A stretch of DNA of 62,061 bases, the filler included, from Choristocarpus tenellus KU-1152 (lineage: Eukaryota; Protista; Phaeophyceae): NCBI GenBank assembly GCA_964200185.2. It is 13 parts of 13 records of this genome, joined end to end, with 100 filler letters (N's around TTAATTAATTAA, not from the genome) between each part and the next. Parts side by side here need not be neighbours in the genome. Positions count along the whole stretch, not along the records: positions 46,848 to 53,502 come from CAXNAD020007640.1; positions 53,603 to 57,814 come from CAXNAD020015668.1; positions 57,915 to 62,061 come from CAXNAD020015977.1; 10 more parts are not named here. One strand, written 5' to 3'. This document shows, in pieces, positions 49,561-61,768 of the stretch; positions within the stretch are counted from its first letter, which is position 1, and the number at the start of each line of letters is the position of its first letter. A program made the translations under genes and the position numbers. A model generated the notes under the pieces. It worked only from the letters and a program-made list of their open reading frames with translations, was not told the DNA's origin and ran no database searches.

Positions 49561-49795
49561 CCAGGGCAGGAGGCAGGGGATGAGCTAGAAAGAAATCAAC
49601 CCCAAAGGGAGAGGGGAGGTCAAGTTCGTGCGGAGTAGATGTCTTCTGGGCCAAAGGCATGGTATGAAGAGGATCATGGAGGGGTGTTCTTGGATGACAA
49701 TGGAGTGGTGTTGAGTGGTGTGGGGTGAGTGGAATGGTAACTGCTGCGGGGTTGAGGGGAGTGGTAACTTGTGTGGGGTTGAAGGGTTGGGGGGG

Positions 49796-50068
49796 GTGAC
49801 TGGAAATGAGGGTCGAAGGGGTCGCACTGGTTGTTCATCATATGGGGGGGGGGGTGACTGGAAATCAGTGGTGAAGGGGGTTCGCACTGGTTGGTCATCA
49901 AATGTGGGGGGTGACTGGAAATCGATGACGAAAGGCATTCGCACTGGTTGGCCATCAAATGTATGAGGTGACTGGAAATCAGTGACGAAAGGAGTTCGCA
50001 CTGGTTGGTCTTTAGAGTTAGTGAGTAAATCGGAAACCAGTGGAGAAGAGTTCGCACTGGGTTGGTCA
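49796..50068. repeat. ~57-bp tandem repeat x5, each unit with an internal hairpin
   Basis: gtgactggaaat occurs at 49796, 49854, 49911 and 49968, with a degenerate fifth unit. Each unit carries the inverted pair cagtg(a)cgaa...ttcgcactg. Confidence 0.85.
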
Positions 50069-51264
50069 GAATAGGGGATACATGGGGAAGGAAAGGAATG
50101 GGAAAATGAGTGAATTGTAAACAAGGAATAAGTGAATATTAATAATCCAGAACTTGTGAGCAAAACGAAAAGTTGATTTGTAGATTGTACTTGTTACAGA
50201 AATTGATGTTCCCAAGAGGTGTGTATGTGTGAGGGACAGATGGTGTTTTTTGGGATGTTGAACATTGATGAGGATGATACGCGCAGTCATATACATTTGC
50301 GCGCGTCACATTTTCTCATTGAGACGAGGTCAAGTGATGTATGTGGTGTGGGTCAGACGCACGACTGGCACGTGGTAATCCCGACATGAACCGTGGATTC
50401 AAACTAGCAAAGCCCAATATTATGTTTCCTGTTCTGACTGGTCACAACCAATATTTCTCATAATGTTGAAGTATTCCACACTGGATCCACGGCTTTGGTG
50501 CTTTAATGAAGGACAAAGAACAGCTTAATGTAGTTATGCAATATTGGTGTTACAAGAGGGGCTTGTGGTCTCGATTCTGCTGACTGAGAACGTGGGTAAG
50601 ACCAGTGCAGACTACCATGTGGGATTTGCAACGTCCACATGGATAATCAGAAAAGAAATCATATCTACTTATCATACGTGCCATATATGATACATCAACT
50701 GATGATCCAATATCAGGTCCCTACCATACATGAACTACCATACATGAACGTTATGTAGAGCTCAACTGGAATATACGGAAACACCTATCTGGCTCTACCT
50801 TTTCTCCATTACTCCACCATTGGTGTCTGCATTTCCTAATCTACTCAACCGATGGTGTCTATAGTGTATTAGCACCCAATCTCGTTTTCGACCGTGGGAT
50901 ATTGCCCTATTTGTCTCCTCCCGAAAGTTGCTGGGTCTTCTTCACTTCCCCGAAGGAGGAGGGTCTGTGGCGGTACCCAAGTTCGTAGTAGTGCCACTCT
51001 TGTTCCGTGGCTGTGTATATTTGTGTACGTTATTAAGGTTGGAAGGGGGGCGGAGTCTATACGTGGACAGTACCCTACTTCTGGCGTGCGCATGAGACTC
51101 CGGTGTATTAGGATTTGTGCTATTGTCTGTTTAGAGTTAAACGCAAAGTGTAAGAGTCGTGAGGGTGTGAGTGTCCCACCAACGTATCTGTTGTTGTCAC
51201 AGGGAAAACGTTGGAAGTGGGGTTTGATCCATGTTTTTCCTCCTCCGCTGGGGGTCCCCAACTC

Positions 51265-51583
51265 TGTTACAGGTGATACATGTCTTCATGGCGCGGTTTC
51301 TTAAACACCATTATGCCCTTCAAGTCCTAGATTTGATATATTTGTACTTCTTGTCTATTCATTTTTTATTTGGTGATTATGGTCCCTGATTGTGATTAGA
51401 CATATCGTTGACCATTTCCTTTTAATACGATGATATATTGATGATAGTCCAAGTGAGAAATCCAGCATGCTTGACGACTTGCGGATCAGGGGTCCTATCT
51501 ACGTGCCTCGGTATCATATCTAGGCCTGCATAGATTGGAGCTATACATCCTGTGGAGTTAAGCTTGAGGGGCACGCTGTAACA
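51265..51583 (+). mobile_element. Solo-LTR-like element (TGTTACAG...CTGTAACA) with a 4-bp TSD (ACTC)
   Basis: 319 bp with a perfect 8-bp terminal inverted repeat and ACTC on both sides. Confidence 0.9.
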
Positions 51584-51933
51584 ACTCTGCCCCTAGTGAC
51601 ACATGTTAACGACCTGGAATGTGACGTTCAATTTTATTTTTCCCATGCTCCTGACAGGATGACGAGTATGATTTTGAGTGTGTATGCAGGTCGAATTCCG
51701 ACACACCCAGAGATACGGTACATCGATAACAGTTCCGTTTTGAATTATCACCTTGTTGGTGCTCTTGATTAGGAAAATAACTAAAGTGAGGGTAGGTATC
51801 CAGCGTACGTGACGACTTTGTATACATCAAAGGAGTCTTTGCATACGAACATTGGCATGGTTTTTATTGGTCTCTGTAAAGTGGAGCTGTATATGTAAAT
51901 GTGGAGAGGTTTAAACCTTTTGGATCGAGTCGT

Positions 51934-52190
51934 ATGTGAAAATATCACAGTAGATGGCACCAGTTTTACCCTGCTTGTCTATTTGGGGCTTGGCTTCCTA
52001 ATTACATTTTTACATATTCCGAAATGTTTCGGAGTGGGTCAAAATGCGTACGTCAATGAAAACGTGTGTCCGGAACAAGGATATTGACATCTCCCAACAA
52101 ACATAATAGCCAAAATAACATCAAAATTGCATAGTTAGAATTTGACCTCTCCAAATGGACGTGGATCTACCCTTCTGAGATACTTCCCGC
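51934..52190 (+). mobile_element. Diverged MITE copy
   Basis: Family body (tttggggcttggcttcc...gatattgaca...aaatggacgtgg.tctaccct) with decayed termini. Confidence 0.8.
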
Positions 52191-52367
52191 ACGCTCTTTA
52201 CTTAACAAGGGGAGAGTGGATCTTCTTCTGTTGTAAGCACGGGGAGAGGTCCTATCCTGGTGTCTTCAAACTGGAGAGAGAGTACTCGGTATTCACCTCA
52301 GGTGTTTTTAGATTATCTGTAGCTCTCCCTCCTCTATACATATTATGTCTAGGCAGGATTTTCTTCT

Positions 52368-52654
52368 GAGTGGGAATACCTTAGAGGGTGCGATTTTTGC
52401 CCTGTTTGTCAACTTGAGGCTTGGCTTTCCACAGGTTTTTGTTCTAACATTTTTTTCCTTACTCCAAAATGTTTAGGACGAGGTTATAAAGTTTATATAC
52501 GTTACAAAAAGGTGTACCTGGAAGAAGGATATTGACATCTCCTGAACAAACATGATTACCAAGAAAATTAATCAAAATTGCCACACGTTGGATTTTGGTA
52601 CCGAAATGGACGCAGCTCCCTACCCCCTCCAACAAGATACTTTGATGCGCGCTC
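52368..52654 (+). mobile_element. Diverged MITE copy
   Basis: gagtgggaataccttagagggtgcg...aaatggacgcagctccctaccc...aagatactttga. Confidence 0.8.
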
Positions 52655-53693
52655 AAAGACCTTCCGAGGAGACAACAACCACTGAACAAAGAAAACATTG
52701 TCGAGTCACAGAAAGTGCTCAAAACCATGGAAGGAGGAGAGACGACGACATTGATATTTCAATATTATTTTCGATTTTACTATTTTAGAGACTTATGAAT
52801 CGTGTGATTCTGTGGCGGCATGGTTCACTCAGGCAAGGGTGGAGAAGAGAATCACCGGGCAAGACGGACCACACGAACAAGGACGAACCGTGACCGAGGG
52901 TACGAGGTTAAGGTTGGACAAGTGCAAACTTAGGAGTGATGAGCACCATCAAAGGTGGGGCTTTATCAGCATTAGTCAAGACGTGAGAATAAAGTGGATC
53001 TTTCATGTGTGACAACTCTGAATGACGAGCCTATGGGATTGATCACCTGAAGAGAATTCCATGGTTTCATTCTAACGGAAAGTTCGTCAGTGAAATCATG
53101 GACTCTTGACTGAGAACCTCAAATCGGTACAACGGTACAATGGTATATGAATACAGCAATAACGATAATAATTAAATCCAGGTTCGCCAAATTGTTTCGG
53201 TGACTACGCAAGTGGCATTGTCTCGACGTGTCATGCGCTTCAAACTAGAGTCACCAGGGAGATGGGCACGGAGGGGTCTGTTGGATTCTTGGGATGCTTC
53301 CCTAGCTCCCCCCCCCGGGGCACAGGAGTAGGTAGATGGGAAGCTAAGGAAGACTGTAGTACAATTTTTGATAGTGGTGGAAAATTTTGGGCATCTCGGC
53401 AAGCAAGTGGAATGCTTCCTGGATGAGCTGGTTCCCCACATGGTAGGAGGGAGAGGAGTGGGAGGATATGGCAAGAAAGGAGTAATTAAATCCAGGCGAC
53501 GCNNNNNNNNNNNNNNNNNNNNNNNNNNNNNNNNNNNNNNNNNNNNTTAATTAATTAANNNNNNNNNNNNNNNNNNNNNNNNNNNNNNNNNNNNNNNNNN
53601 NNCATTGCAAACTTAGGTCTTTTTTTTTTTAGTTTGACCACTATTTTATTTTATTTATTGCTGTGATTTTTGAATTGACCAATGAGATTGAAC

Positions 53694-53993
53694 GAGTCAA
53701 AGTATATCTTAGGGTTAGGGTATAGACCTGCATCCGTTTGAGGGGTCCAACATCCGATGTTGGGATTTTGATGTGATTTTGACTATTGTGTTTGTTAGGA
53801 AATGTCAGTATCCTTGTTCTGGACACACCTTTTCATAACGTGAATATTTCACCTACCCCGAACCATTTTGGCAGTGTTGACAAAGGGTTAGGGTTGGGAA
53901 AATGTCATAGAAAAAGACCAAGTTAGGGTTAGGGTGGGAAGCCAAGCCCGAAATGGACAAACAGGGCAAAACTCGTACCCTCTAAGGTGCTTT
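53694..53993 (-). mobile_element. MITE copy carrying three TTAGGG-repeat insertions
   Basis: Colinear with the 11829 and 17860 copies except for extra telomere-type tracts at 53709-53720, 53884-53898 and 53923-53934. Confidence 0.85.
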
Positions 53994-54295
53994 ATTAACG
54001 GACCAATGAGAATTGAATTTGAATATGCTCTTCGCGGTGGTAGAACGGTTTTTTGATTAAAAAAAATAATATATATATATATATTGTTGGTAGCGGACTA
54101 AATGTGTTGATAAATATCCAAATGTACCAAGGTTTTAGGATGAGAGGCAAGCGTTTATTTAGTATTGTTAATAATATTTTAATTCTTTGTTTATTAGTAG
54201 CTATCCCAACATGTAGTCGTAGTCACTACACCATTAGTAGCTCTCTCATACTAACTGCTACAAATTGTTATGCTACAACTAGCTGTAGTAATAGT

Positions 54296-54398
54296 AATGA
54301 TAACACTATGTTGTGAAAAGCAATGATAACACTATGTTGTGAAAAGCAATGATAACACTATGTTGTGAAAAGTAATGATAACACTTATTTGTGGAAAG
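54296..54398. repeat. 26-bp minisatellite (AATGATAACACTATGTTGTGAAAAGC), about 4 copies
   Basis: Read directly; intronic, upstream of the MGD exon. Confidence 0.9.
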
Positions 54399-54490
54399 GG
54401 TTACACAGAACCATGATGTACACCACCTCAAGCGCAACCCTCCACAACACCCCTGTTTGATCGCCGTAATCCCCCTGTTTCTATTGGCAG

Positions 54491-55908
54491 GCGGGGATGG
54501 CTACAATCAGCGAGGCGTGTGTTGTAGGACTGCCATTGATGCTCATGGGCTACCTCCCTGGGCAAGAGAAGGGGAATGTCGACCATGTTATAGAAAAGGG
54601 GTTGGGCGATTACAGCCCTCGCCCACACATTATTGGGAAAAAGGTATATCCTGTTCGTGACAATTTCAGGCACCACCTATGAATGATTTGATGAATACTC
54701 CGCTCTGAACTGTTTAATCAATATTCCACTATGAACTGTTTAATCAAAATACTTCGCCGGGGAATGTCAATACTAAGTTCAATAGTCATGTGTAGAATTT
54801 GTACTACTTATAGTGTGGTGTGTATACATTGTAGGATATAGAGTAGAAAAGGAGATGCTGATTCTCCTTTTCATCAGCAACACGTCAGGTAGTTAGTTTA
54901 GTTAGTTAGATAGTTAGTTTCACAGGTGAGAATAATACCGTGTTCATGATTTTTCTATTTTTTTTGTTATTTGACCCGCCTTGATTGGTCGAGTGAGAAT
55001 TATCAATATTAAAAAAAACCGGAAATGGACAAAAAAAAGTGAAAAAAAAGGTATGAAAAAGAATCGGAGGCATTGCAGCAATGTACAGGGTGTAGATACT
55101 AAACCCAACAGCTGCAGCCCACTCTTGAACTAATTTCACCAGTCTCAATTGTGTGCTAAGACAATTGTGTGCTAAGACACAGATTGCAAACGCCATTATG
55201 TGATGGGTATCACCTGCCTGCTGTCTTACAGCTCTTTGTGGCTCAACCCTGCTGGCGATGCCACACATCATTCCAACCTTCAATTCCTTCAATTTCTTCT
55301 TGGTTGTCTGTCTGCTCTCTCTCTCCCCATGCCGTACAAGACCATACCATGATTCCACAGCACATGCATGACCACTGTCCTGTTACTTTTACAGGGGGGG
55401 GGATCCTTGTGATATTTTTATATTATTTTTACATAATGCATCTGCATAACAATAACAATAATAACAATAATATGTGCTTACAATACCATTCCGTCCGTAC
55501 CATGAGGCACCTCTCACCAAATTTCATTCCCTAACCCTATATTCGAATTCGAAAAATGCTGTTGCGAAGGTTAGCTCGTGGTTACGGAACGAATCGATCT
55601 TGAACAAGATGACAAAAAACGCCCTGGCATCTGCCCCTGCAAATGCCACTTTTCTCATCTCACGGGATATTGGCAGCCTTCTAGGTTTCCCAACCTCCTC
55701 TAACGAGAGTTTGAAGGGGTGGTGGAGTTGGCTATGTCGTTGGAGCGGGTGGGGTCTGTTGTGGAGGTGGTCAACACAACACACGGAAGTGTTGAGTAGT
55801 AGTTCGCTTAGCAGTATGGAGGAGGAAGACTTGTCTTGTGTGGAGGGAGTTCAAGGGGTAGAGGCACTCAAGAGAGTGAAGTCTGCTGATGGGGATGTTT
55901 TTTTTTGA
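54491..55908 (+). CDS. MGD: Monogalactosyldiacylglycerol synthase-like (GT28) protein, last two exons 54491-54643 and 55570-55908
   Basis: AGMATISEACVVGLPLMLMGYLPGQEKGNVDHVIEKGLGDYSPRPHIIGKK|VSSWLRNESILNKMTKNALASAPANATFLISRDIGSLL matches the MGD C-terminus (KAGPGTIAEA..GLP......GQE.GNV..V...G.G....P..I...V..W....L..MS.NAL). CAG acceptor and GTATAT donor in phase 0; the second acceptor is AAG. Confidence 0.85.
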
Positions 55909-57403
55909 AGGACCCATTTGGATGATTAGTGATTAGTGGTGAATGTGGTGATTGGGGTGGTAGTGGTGATGGTGCTTTTTTGGTAGAAAGTAAGTCAAGG
56001 GGGGAGAGGGTTTGAAGGGCAAAGGTGGTTTCTCCTTGGTGTGCGTGTGTGTGTAACATGTTAGAGATGTTTCACCATGTTACGTATGCATGCCCCCCTT
56101 TCCCCCTCCACTTGGCACGAATGACTCTTGAGACTATTGTGTGTGTGTGGGGCAACTAACGTTAGGCAATGCTTGTTCTTGTTTTGACTCTTTTATACAT
56201 AAGTCGTTCATCCAAAAATAACTGACCAAACAAGCTCCAAACCCAACCAACTACCAAATGACCAATCGCAATAGATAACAAACTAAAGGACAAAGTGCGT
56301 AAAGAGGTTGTTTGAACAAGATTAGCGTGCCCTAGTGGTGCAGTTAGTTTCGGGTTTGGGGTACTGTTGACAGCCAGGCGCACCTCTGATGTAGGGTTTC
56401 AGATTTGTTGTGTGCATCCCCGCGATTATTGTTTTGTTTGTTTGTCTAACTTGTTCAACCGTAGCCTTCAATGAACCAACCTGTTTGTTTTGGGACTGAA
56501 ATAAGTTTTGCTGACATGTGGGCAGGCGTAACTGCTTTGTGGCACAAAAGTGCATGGAAGACACCTGCACTCATTGTTACCCCCTGGTAATTTGCTGTTT
56601 GAGATGGTCTTCATAGAACACCATGGGGAATATTCGACATTTTTTTGTTGAGAGTGGCTAGAACATTTCTAGAAGAGACCCCACATTGATGCTTCATGGT
56701 GGCTACGGTTGGAGGACGAGGAGGCAGCAACAGCAGCAGTGGCGACCATGTGCTGGACACATTGAATTACCACCCTCAACTTCAAGAAATACATCTTGAC
56801 AAAAAACACGATCTCCAGATAACTACATGAACCAAACCCTCCTCTCTTCCTGCAGTCTTACTTCTCTTACAGTTTTCAGACTGAAAAAACAGCACCAAAA
56901 TGAAAAAAAACAAGTTGCTTTTGACTAACAACAGGAGCTACAGTAGTTGGAGTAACTAAAACAAACATGAAACCAGGACTCAGAAAAAGGAGAAAAAAAT
57001 AAAAACAATTCACCTTCCGCACAATAACAGAAACAAGAGTACAAGTCTCATGTTCAAAACAAAAACAGAGAGAGTGCAGCTACGTAAACATGGGCGTACT
57101 CAGCATTAAGTTGAGTTATGGCAAGTATAGTGACGGTGAAGTTGAGAGCTACACCCCCTACCAAGTATAGTAACAATTACATCCAAACTGTATATATGAA
57201 CATGCTCCATGTGTCAAGGTTGACCTATCACATTGTATATCTGCATTTATTTATTGAGTATTAAACCCCAAAGGTGCCACCACTCCATGTTCCATCAAAT
57301 AGCTCCACACCACAACCACACTTCTTTGGACGTAGGGAGGGACCCCTGCTTGGATTCCCCCATCCTCCCCCACCCCTCCTTATGATATCAACTCCGTCTG
57401 TCA

Positions 57404-57547
57404 TCAATCTTCCGAGCCAAATATCTTGTACAGCTTCTTGAGGACACCTACCACCCCTCCACCTGTGTCCTCATCTCCATCTCCCGTGAGATCTCCTAGT
57501 CCTCCTCCATTTTCTGCACTATTTTCAGTTGAGCTGTTCCCCCAGGC
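57404..57547 (-). CDS. Possible terminal exon of an unknown protein, convergent with MGD
   Basis: A CAG acceptor is followed by 48 codons: AWGNSSTENSAENGGGLGDLTGDGDEDTGGGVVGVLKKLYKIFGSED*. No family recognised. Confidence 0.35.
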   Translation of the reverse strand, partial: AWGNSSTENSAENGGGLGDLTGDGDEDTGGGVVGVLKKLYKIFGSED

Positions 57548-57914
57548 CTGCTAATTTCAAATACCACCAGTTTCATATTTTAGAAGCAATAATTGCTCTG
57601 AACGCTCTATGCAATGACTTGGTCCTAGCACAAATTTATTACTGTTATTTTATTTTTGTAGTGCACAAAAAAAAGATAACATGGAGTGGACAACCCTTTT
57701 CCTACTTCAATATGGTACAATCTCACTCCTGTTTGCATTCGTCACAATGGGTGAACCTGGACAAAATGGTACAAGCATATCTCCCCACCTCCCCCCCCCC
57801 ACTATGCAACAGGANNNNNNNNNNNNNNNNNNNNNNNNNNNNNNNNNNNNNNNNNNNNTTAATTAATTAANNNNNNNNNNNNNNNNNNNNNNNNNNNNNN
57901 NNNNNNNNNNNNNN

Positions 57915-58350
57915 CATTCGGGTAGGCTAGCGGGAGGACCGAGAGGAGAAACATGGGGGTATCGGAGCTAGTAATACAGAGGGAGGGGAGATGGAAGTTG
58001 GGTTCATTCATGGTATACGTCAGGGCCAACAACCAGAGGGACCCAGATAGGGTTTCGAAGGGTCTGGCAGAAATTCGGAAGGACTGGGTTCAACCAGGGC
58101 GGGAGGTAAAGTGATGAACTAGATGAGAAATTAACCCGTAAAGGGGAGATCAAGGTCAGGCGGGGTAGATGTCTTCTAGCTCAAAGGCACAATATGAAGT
58201 GGATGATGAAGGGTGTTCTTGGATGATTGTGGAGCGGTGTTGAGTGGAGTGGTAGCTGGTGTGGGGTTGAGTGTGGTTGAAGGGTGGGGGGGGTGACTGT
58301 AAATCAGTGGCGAAGGGGTCGCACTGGGTGGTCATAAGTGGGGGTACAAT
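57915..58350 (+). mobile_element. 3' end of a second tyrosine-recombinase element copy
   Basis: HSGR...GVSELVIQREGRWKLGSFMVYVRAN plus a downstream region colinear with 49385-49850, containing one hairpin unit. Confidence 0.82.
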
Positions 58351-58622
58351 GGGTAGGGGAGAGTGAATGGGTGGAGTGCAAACAGATAATATAAAAAATA
58401 ATAATTCACAATTTGTGACCAAAAAAATGACCAAAATTTCGTAAAAATGAAAATTTAGAAAGTGGTAGAAATCGAGAATGAAACAAATATATTTTCTCCC
58501 ATACGTACATCAAATATGGTACAAACATATGCGCACGATCGCGATCATCGCGCTAGCAACAACACCTAATGATGGTATTTGTCTCTTGTAGTTACTCCTA
58601 TTTCATTGTTGACAAACATATA

Positions 58623-61600
58623 ATGAACGCTGTTCGACCTCTCACAGCTATCGTCACTGGAGGAGCATCAGGTCTTGGTCGAGCTACTGTGCTCCGCCTC
58701 GCTGATGCTGGCTATGGAGTGGTCGTTGCTGACCTACTGAACTCTGAACCTTTTGAGAAAGACAACATCAGATTTGTGCGGACAGATGTAAGAACCAGCA
58801 ACTATATCGTGAGACTTATCGTAGCTTTGCTCAGATTAGATGACGGAAATCCTGAATATATATCGGAGGCACACTTGGACCTCTGCGCTGTGCACTGGAA
58901 AAATACTTTTATAGAGGATTCTTGGGTTGTCTGATTCTCGGGTGACTTTACCCCATCGTTGATCTCCAATGTTGTTGAAGTCCAAGAAAATATTTCAACA
59001 GTGTGCAATGTGCACCTTAAATGTGTCCCCTAGAGGCTGAACGAACCTGTTCCGCTCATTGTCGAGAAAAAACGGTGATCTTGACTCCAGCCCTCCACCC
59101 TCCTGAAGTTGACAACTGCACCTTTAGCAATAGGAGCTTAACAATGAACTCTATTCTGTGTTCCACGTCTCTATTCAGGTGACCAATGAAATGGAGGTGA
59201 ACGTGGCTCTCGACATAGCTAGGGAAGAGTTTGGCCCTGATCCGTGCGTGGTGGTCAACTGCGCCGGTATTGGCTACGCAAAGCGAACGTTGAATAGGTG
59301 CGATTTTACAAAACCCCAGGATGGCCACAAGCGTGCAGACCGCCAGTATCTGGTTTACCTGCTAAATCGATCTCATGATTGAAAACTAAATTGTTTTTAG
59401 TACTCATCTCATTTCGACGAAGAATGCTTCTGGTGATGAGAGCGAGGATATATGCACTAATGGGCAATATTTGGATTCCAACATACCGAAACCCTCCCGC
59501 TTCTGACAGAAAGGGTGTTGTGCACGACCTGGACGGCTTCTCTCGGGTGCTCAGTGTGAATGCTGTTGGTACCTTCAATGTGCTGCGGTTGGCTGCCCAA
59601 CGGTGAATGATCTCTTTCCCTGGAATGAGTGCATGTGGACTTTGATGCCAACACCATTAATTTCTTCGATCATAAACTTGAATGAGGTGCATGAGATGAT
59701 TGTGCCTGGCATGAGTGGCTGGAAAGGTAATCTCGAAGGCCACGCACAATATTTCTATTGATGTATATTTCTCAATGTTCGATGTCCTTCTTGCAATAGT
59801 GGAGTGTGGTATCATTTTCAGTATGGAAGGATCACCAGACAGGTTCCTCGTGAAAGTGAAGCGATATTGGTCACCATCGAATCAATGCAATACTGTTCTA
59901 AGGTTGCTCAATGTATTCCTCACCCAGAGACAACTCTGCAATAATTTATGCTGTCCATATCCGACGGTAATCTCCACTTTTGGGCAAGCGACTTGTCTGG
60001 GTATATTGGATTCATTATCCCAATTTGTGGTGATACTGGTCTTGATTTTGAGGCATTGCATTTGCTATAGCATGGGTGTGAAGCTGTTGTAGACTATGTA
60101 TACCCCTAGATTTTACTTTCATGTTTGTGTAAGGGTGATTTGCTGTGAGTATGTTTGATTGCTTAATTCACCCTGTAGGTACAACTTTCAATGCTTAATT
60201 CAAGACCCTGTAGGTACCTTTCTTAATTCAAGACCCTGTAGGTACCTTTCCTGCCATGGCGTATTTGGTTCCCAATCGTTTTGGTGAAGATGTGTTTTAG
60301 ACATTGGTAGTGGGTGTTCTGAGCACTGCCAGCCGCAATGAAGCATGGCAAGAACTTCAAAGTGGACTCTTGGTACTTTGGGTTAGGGTTGAAATATGTT
60401 ATGTGGGGTACCATTTCATTGTTGCACACTCCTGCTTGTAGATTCCAATGTGCACACTCCTACTTGTAGATTCCAATATCTTAGAAACAGTGGTACGATT
60501 GTGCAAAGTAGGTTAATGATGTAAGACAATCTTAGAAGGCTACCTATAGTCTAGCTTCTTGCCAATGATCTTTTGGAGTGTTAGGGTTAGTGTTAGGGTT
60601 AGGGTGCGGGTTCTATTTTTATTTAATTATTTTTTCTTCCACTGCTTTATTTTTATTTTACGATTCTTGTTGCCTTTTCTGAGACAGTAACGCATACTGC
60701 CTTCATTGGACTGCTTTTTTGACCACGGCTCTGGGATTCCTCAGGCTAACGTGATGCAAATGATAATGATAAGGGTTAGGGTACAGGTTAAGGTCCAAGT
60801 GTCCTTCTGAGGGCACTGGTGCAGTGTGATCAGATTGCACCATGGGATAAAATAAAAAATGTTACGGGACCCTGCCAGGGGTGATGCAAAGAGGAATGAG
60901 GATTAGGAATGAGGGTTAGGAATGAGGATTAGGAATGAGAATTAGGAATGAGGATTAGGAATGAGAATTAGGAATGAGAATTAGGAATGAGGATTAGGAA
61001 TGAGGATTAGGAACGAGAATGGCAGGAGAAAAAACATTGAGAATTGGGTGTTTGTTGTTGTGGTGGCAGTGCCCGTGGTAGCCATGATGCATGGTTAGAA
61101 GGGAGGGGATCCCTTTGATTTGATTTGATATGATTTGATTTGCTGTTCACTAGCGCTCTAATGCCCAAGTTGTTTTTTTACCTTGAAAAAATAATTATCT
61201 TTTTTATTATCTTTTTTATTATCTTTTTATTATCTTTTTTCCATATTTGTCATTGTCGTAACTTTGGTTCTCACAACTCAACCATGTGTTCCAATCATTG
61301 TAGTGTTGATAGTACCTACGATAATAATGTACTATTAAAGTGTAGTATTGATAGTATTGATAGTATTGATAGTGTGCCCATTTTGAAATCGCTAAGTGAG
61401 GACTTGTGAGGAAAGAATCTGTGAACTGTTTGTGCCTCAGTTTATCGTTTTTTGATTGATGGAAGGCATATTAATTCCACCAATGTCGTGTTCGCCATAT
61501 CCCTAACCCTAGACAAGAAAAAAAAAGAATGACTATGGTCCACGTAGCGCATGGTGAGGGCAAAGCAATGCCCAATGATAGTGTGATACTTCAGTGATGG

Positions 61601-61768
61601 TGTGACACTTAAGTCATTCCAAATTGATCACAGAGTACTTGTTCACAATCACCCACTGTGAGGCATGTTTGATGATCAATAACCAGGATGGTTGCAGCAG
61701 AAGCAGATGCAGATGGCCAGCGGGGTGTGATTATCAATACTGCCAGTGTTGCTGCTTATGACGGGCAG
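58623..61768 (+). CDS. HSD17B10: Short-chain dehydrogenase, 3-hydroxyacyl-CoA dehydrogenase type 2-like, 5' part; exons 58623-58787, 59179-59297, 59510-59602, 61687-61768
   Basis: AIVTGGASGLGRAT...DVT...VVNCAGIG.AKRTLNRKGVVHDLDGFSRVLSVNAVGTFNVLRLAAQRM...DGQRGVIINTASVAAYDGQ. All junctions are GT-AG and in phase. Confidence 0.95.
60891..61020. repeat. 13-bp minisatellite (GAGRATTAGGAAT), about 10 copies
   Basis: Read directly; inside SDR intron 3. Confidence 0.92.

Noticed and set aside
49796-50068. Hammerhead ribozyme array (minus strand has TGATGA...CGAA)
   Set aside because: It lacks the full CUGAUGA/GAAA core and a pairable stem II between the motifs.
49585-50163. 192-aa Pro-rich ORF
   Set aside because: It is a translation of the G-rich 57-bp tandem repeat and has no independent coding evidence.
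55524-55784. Minus-strand 86-aa ORF
   Set aside because: Antisense shadow of the MGD terminal exon.
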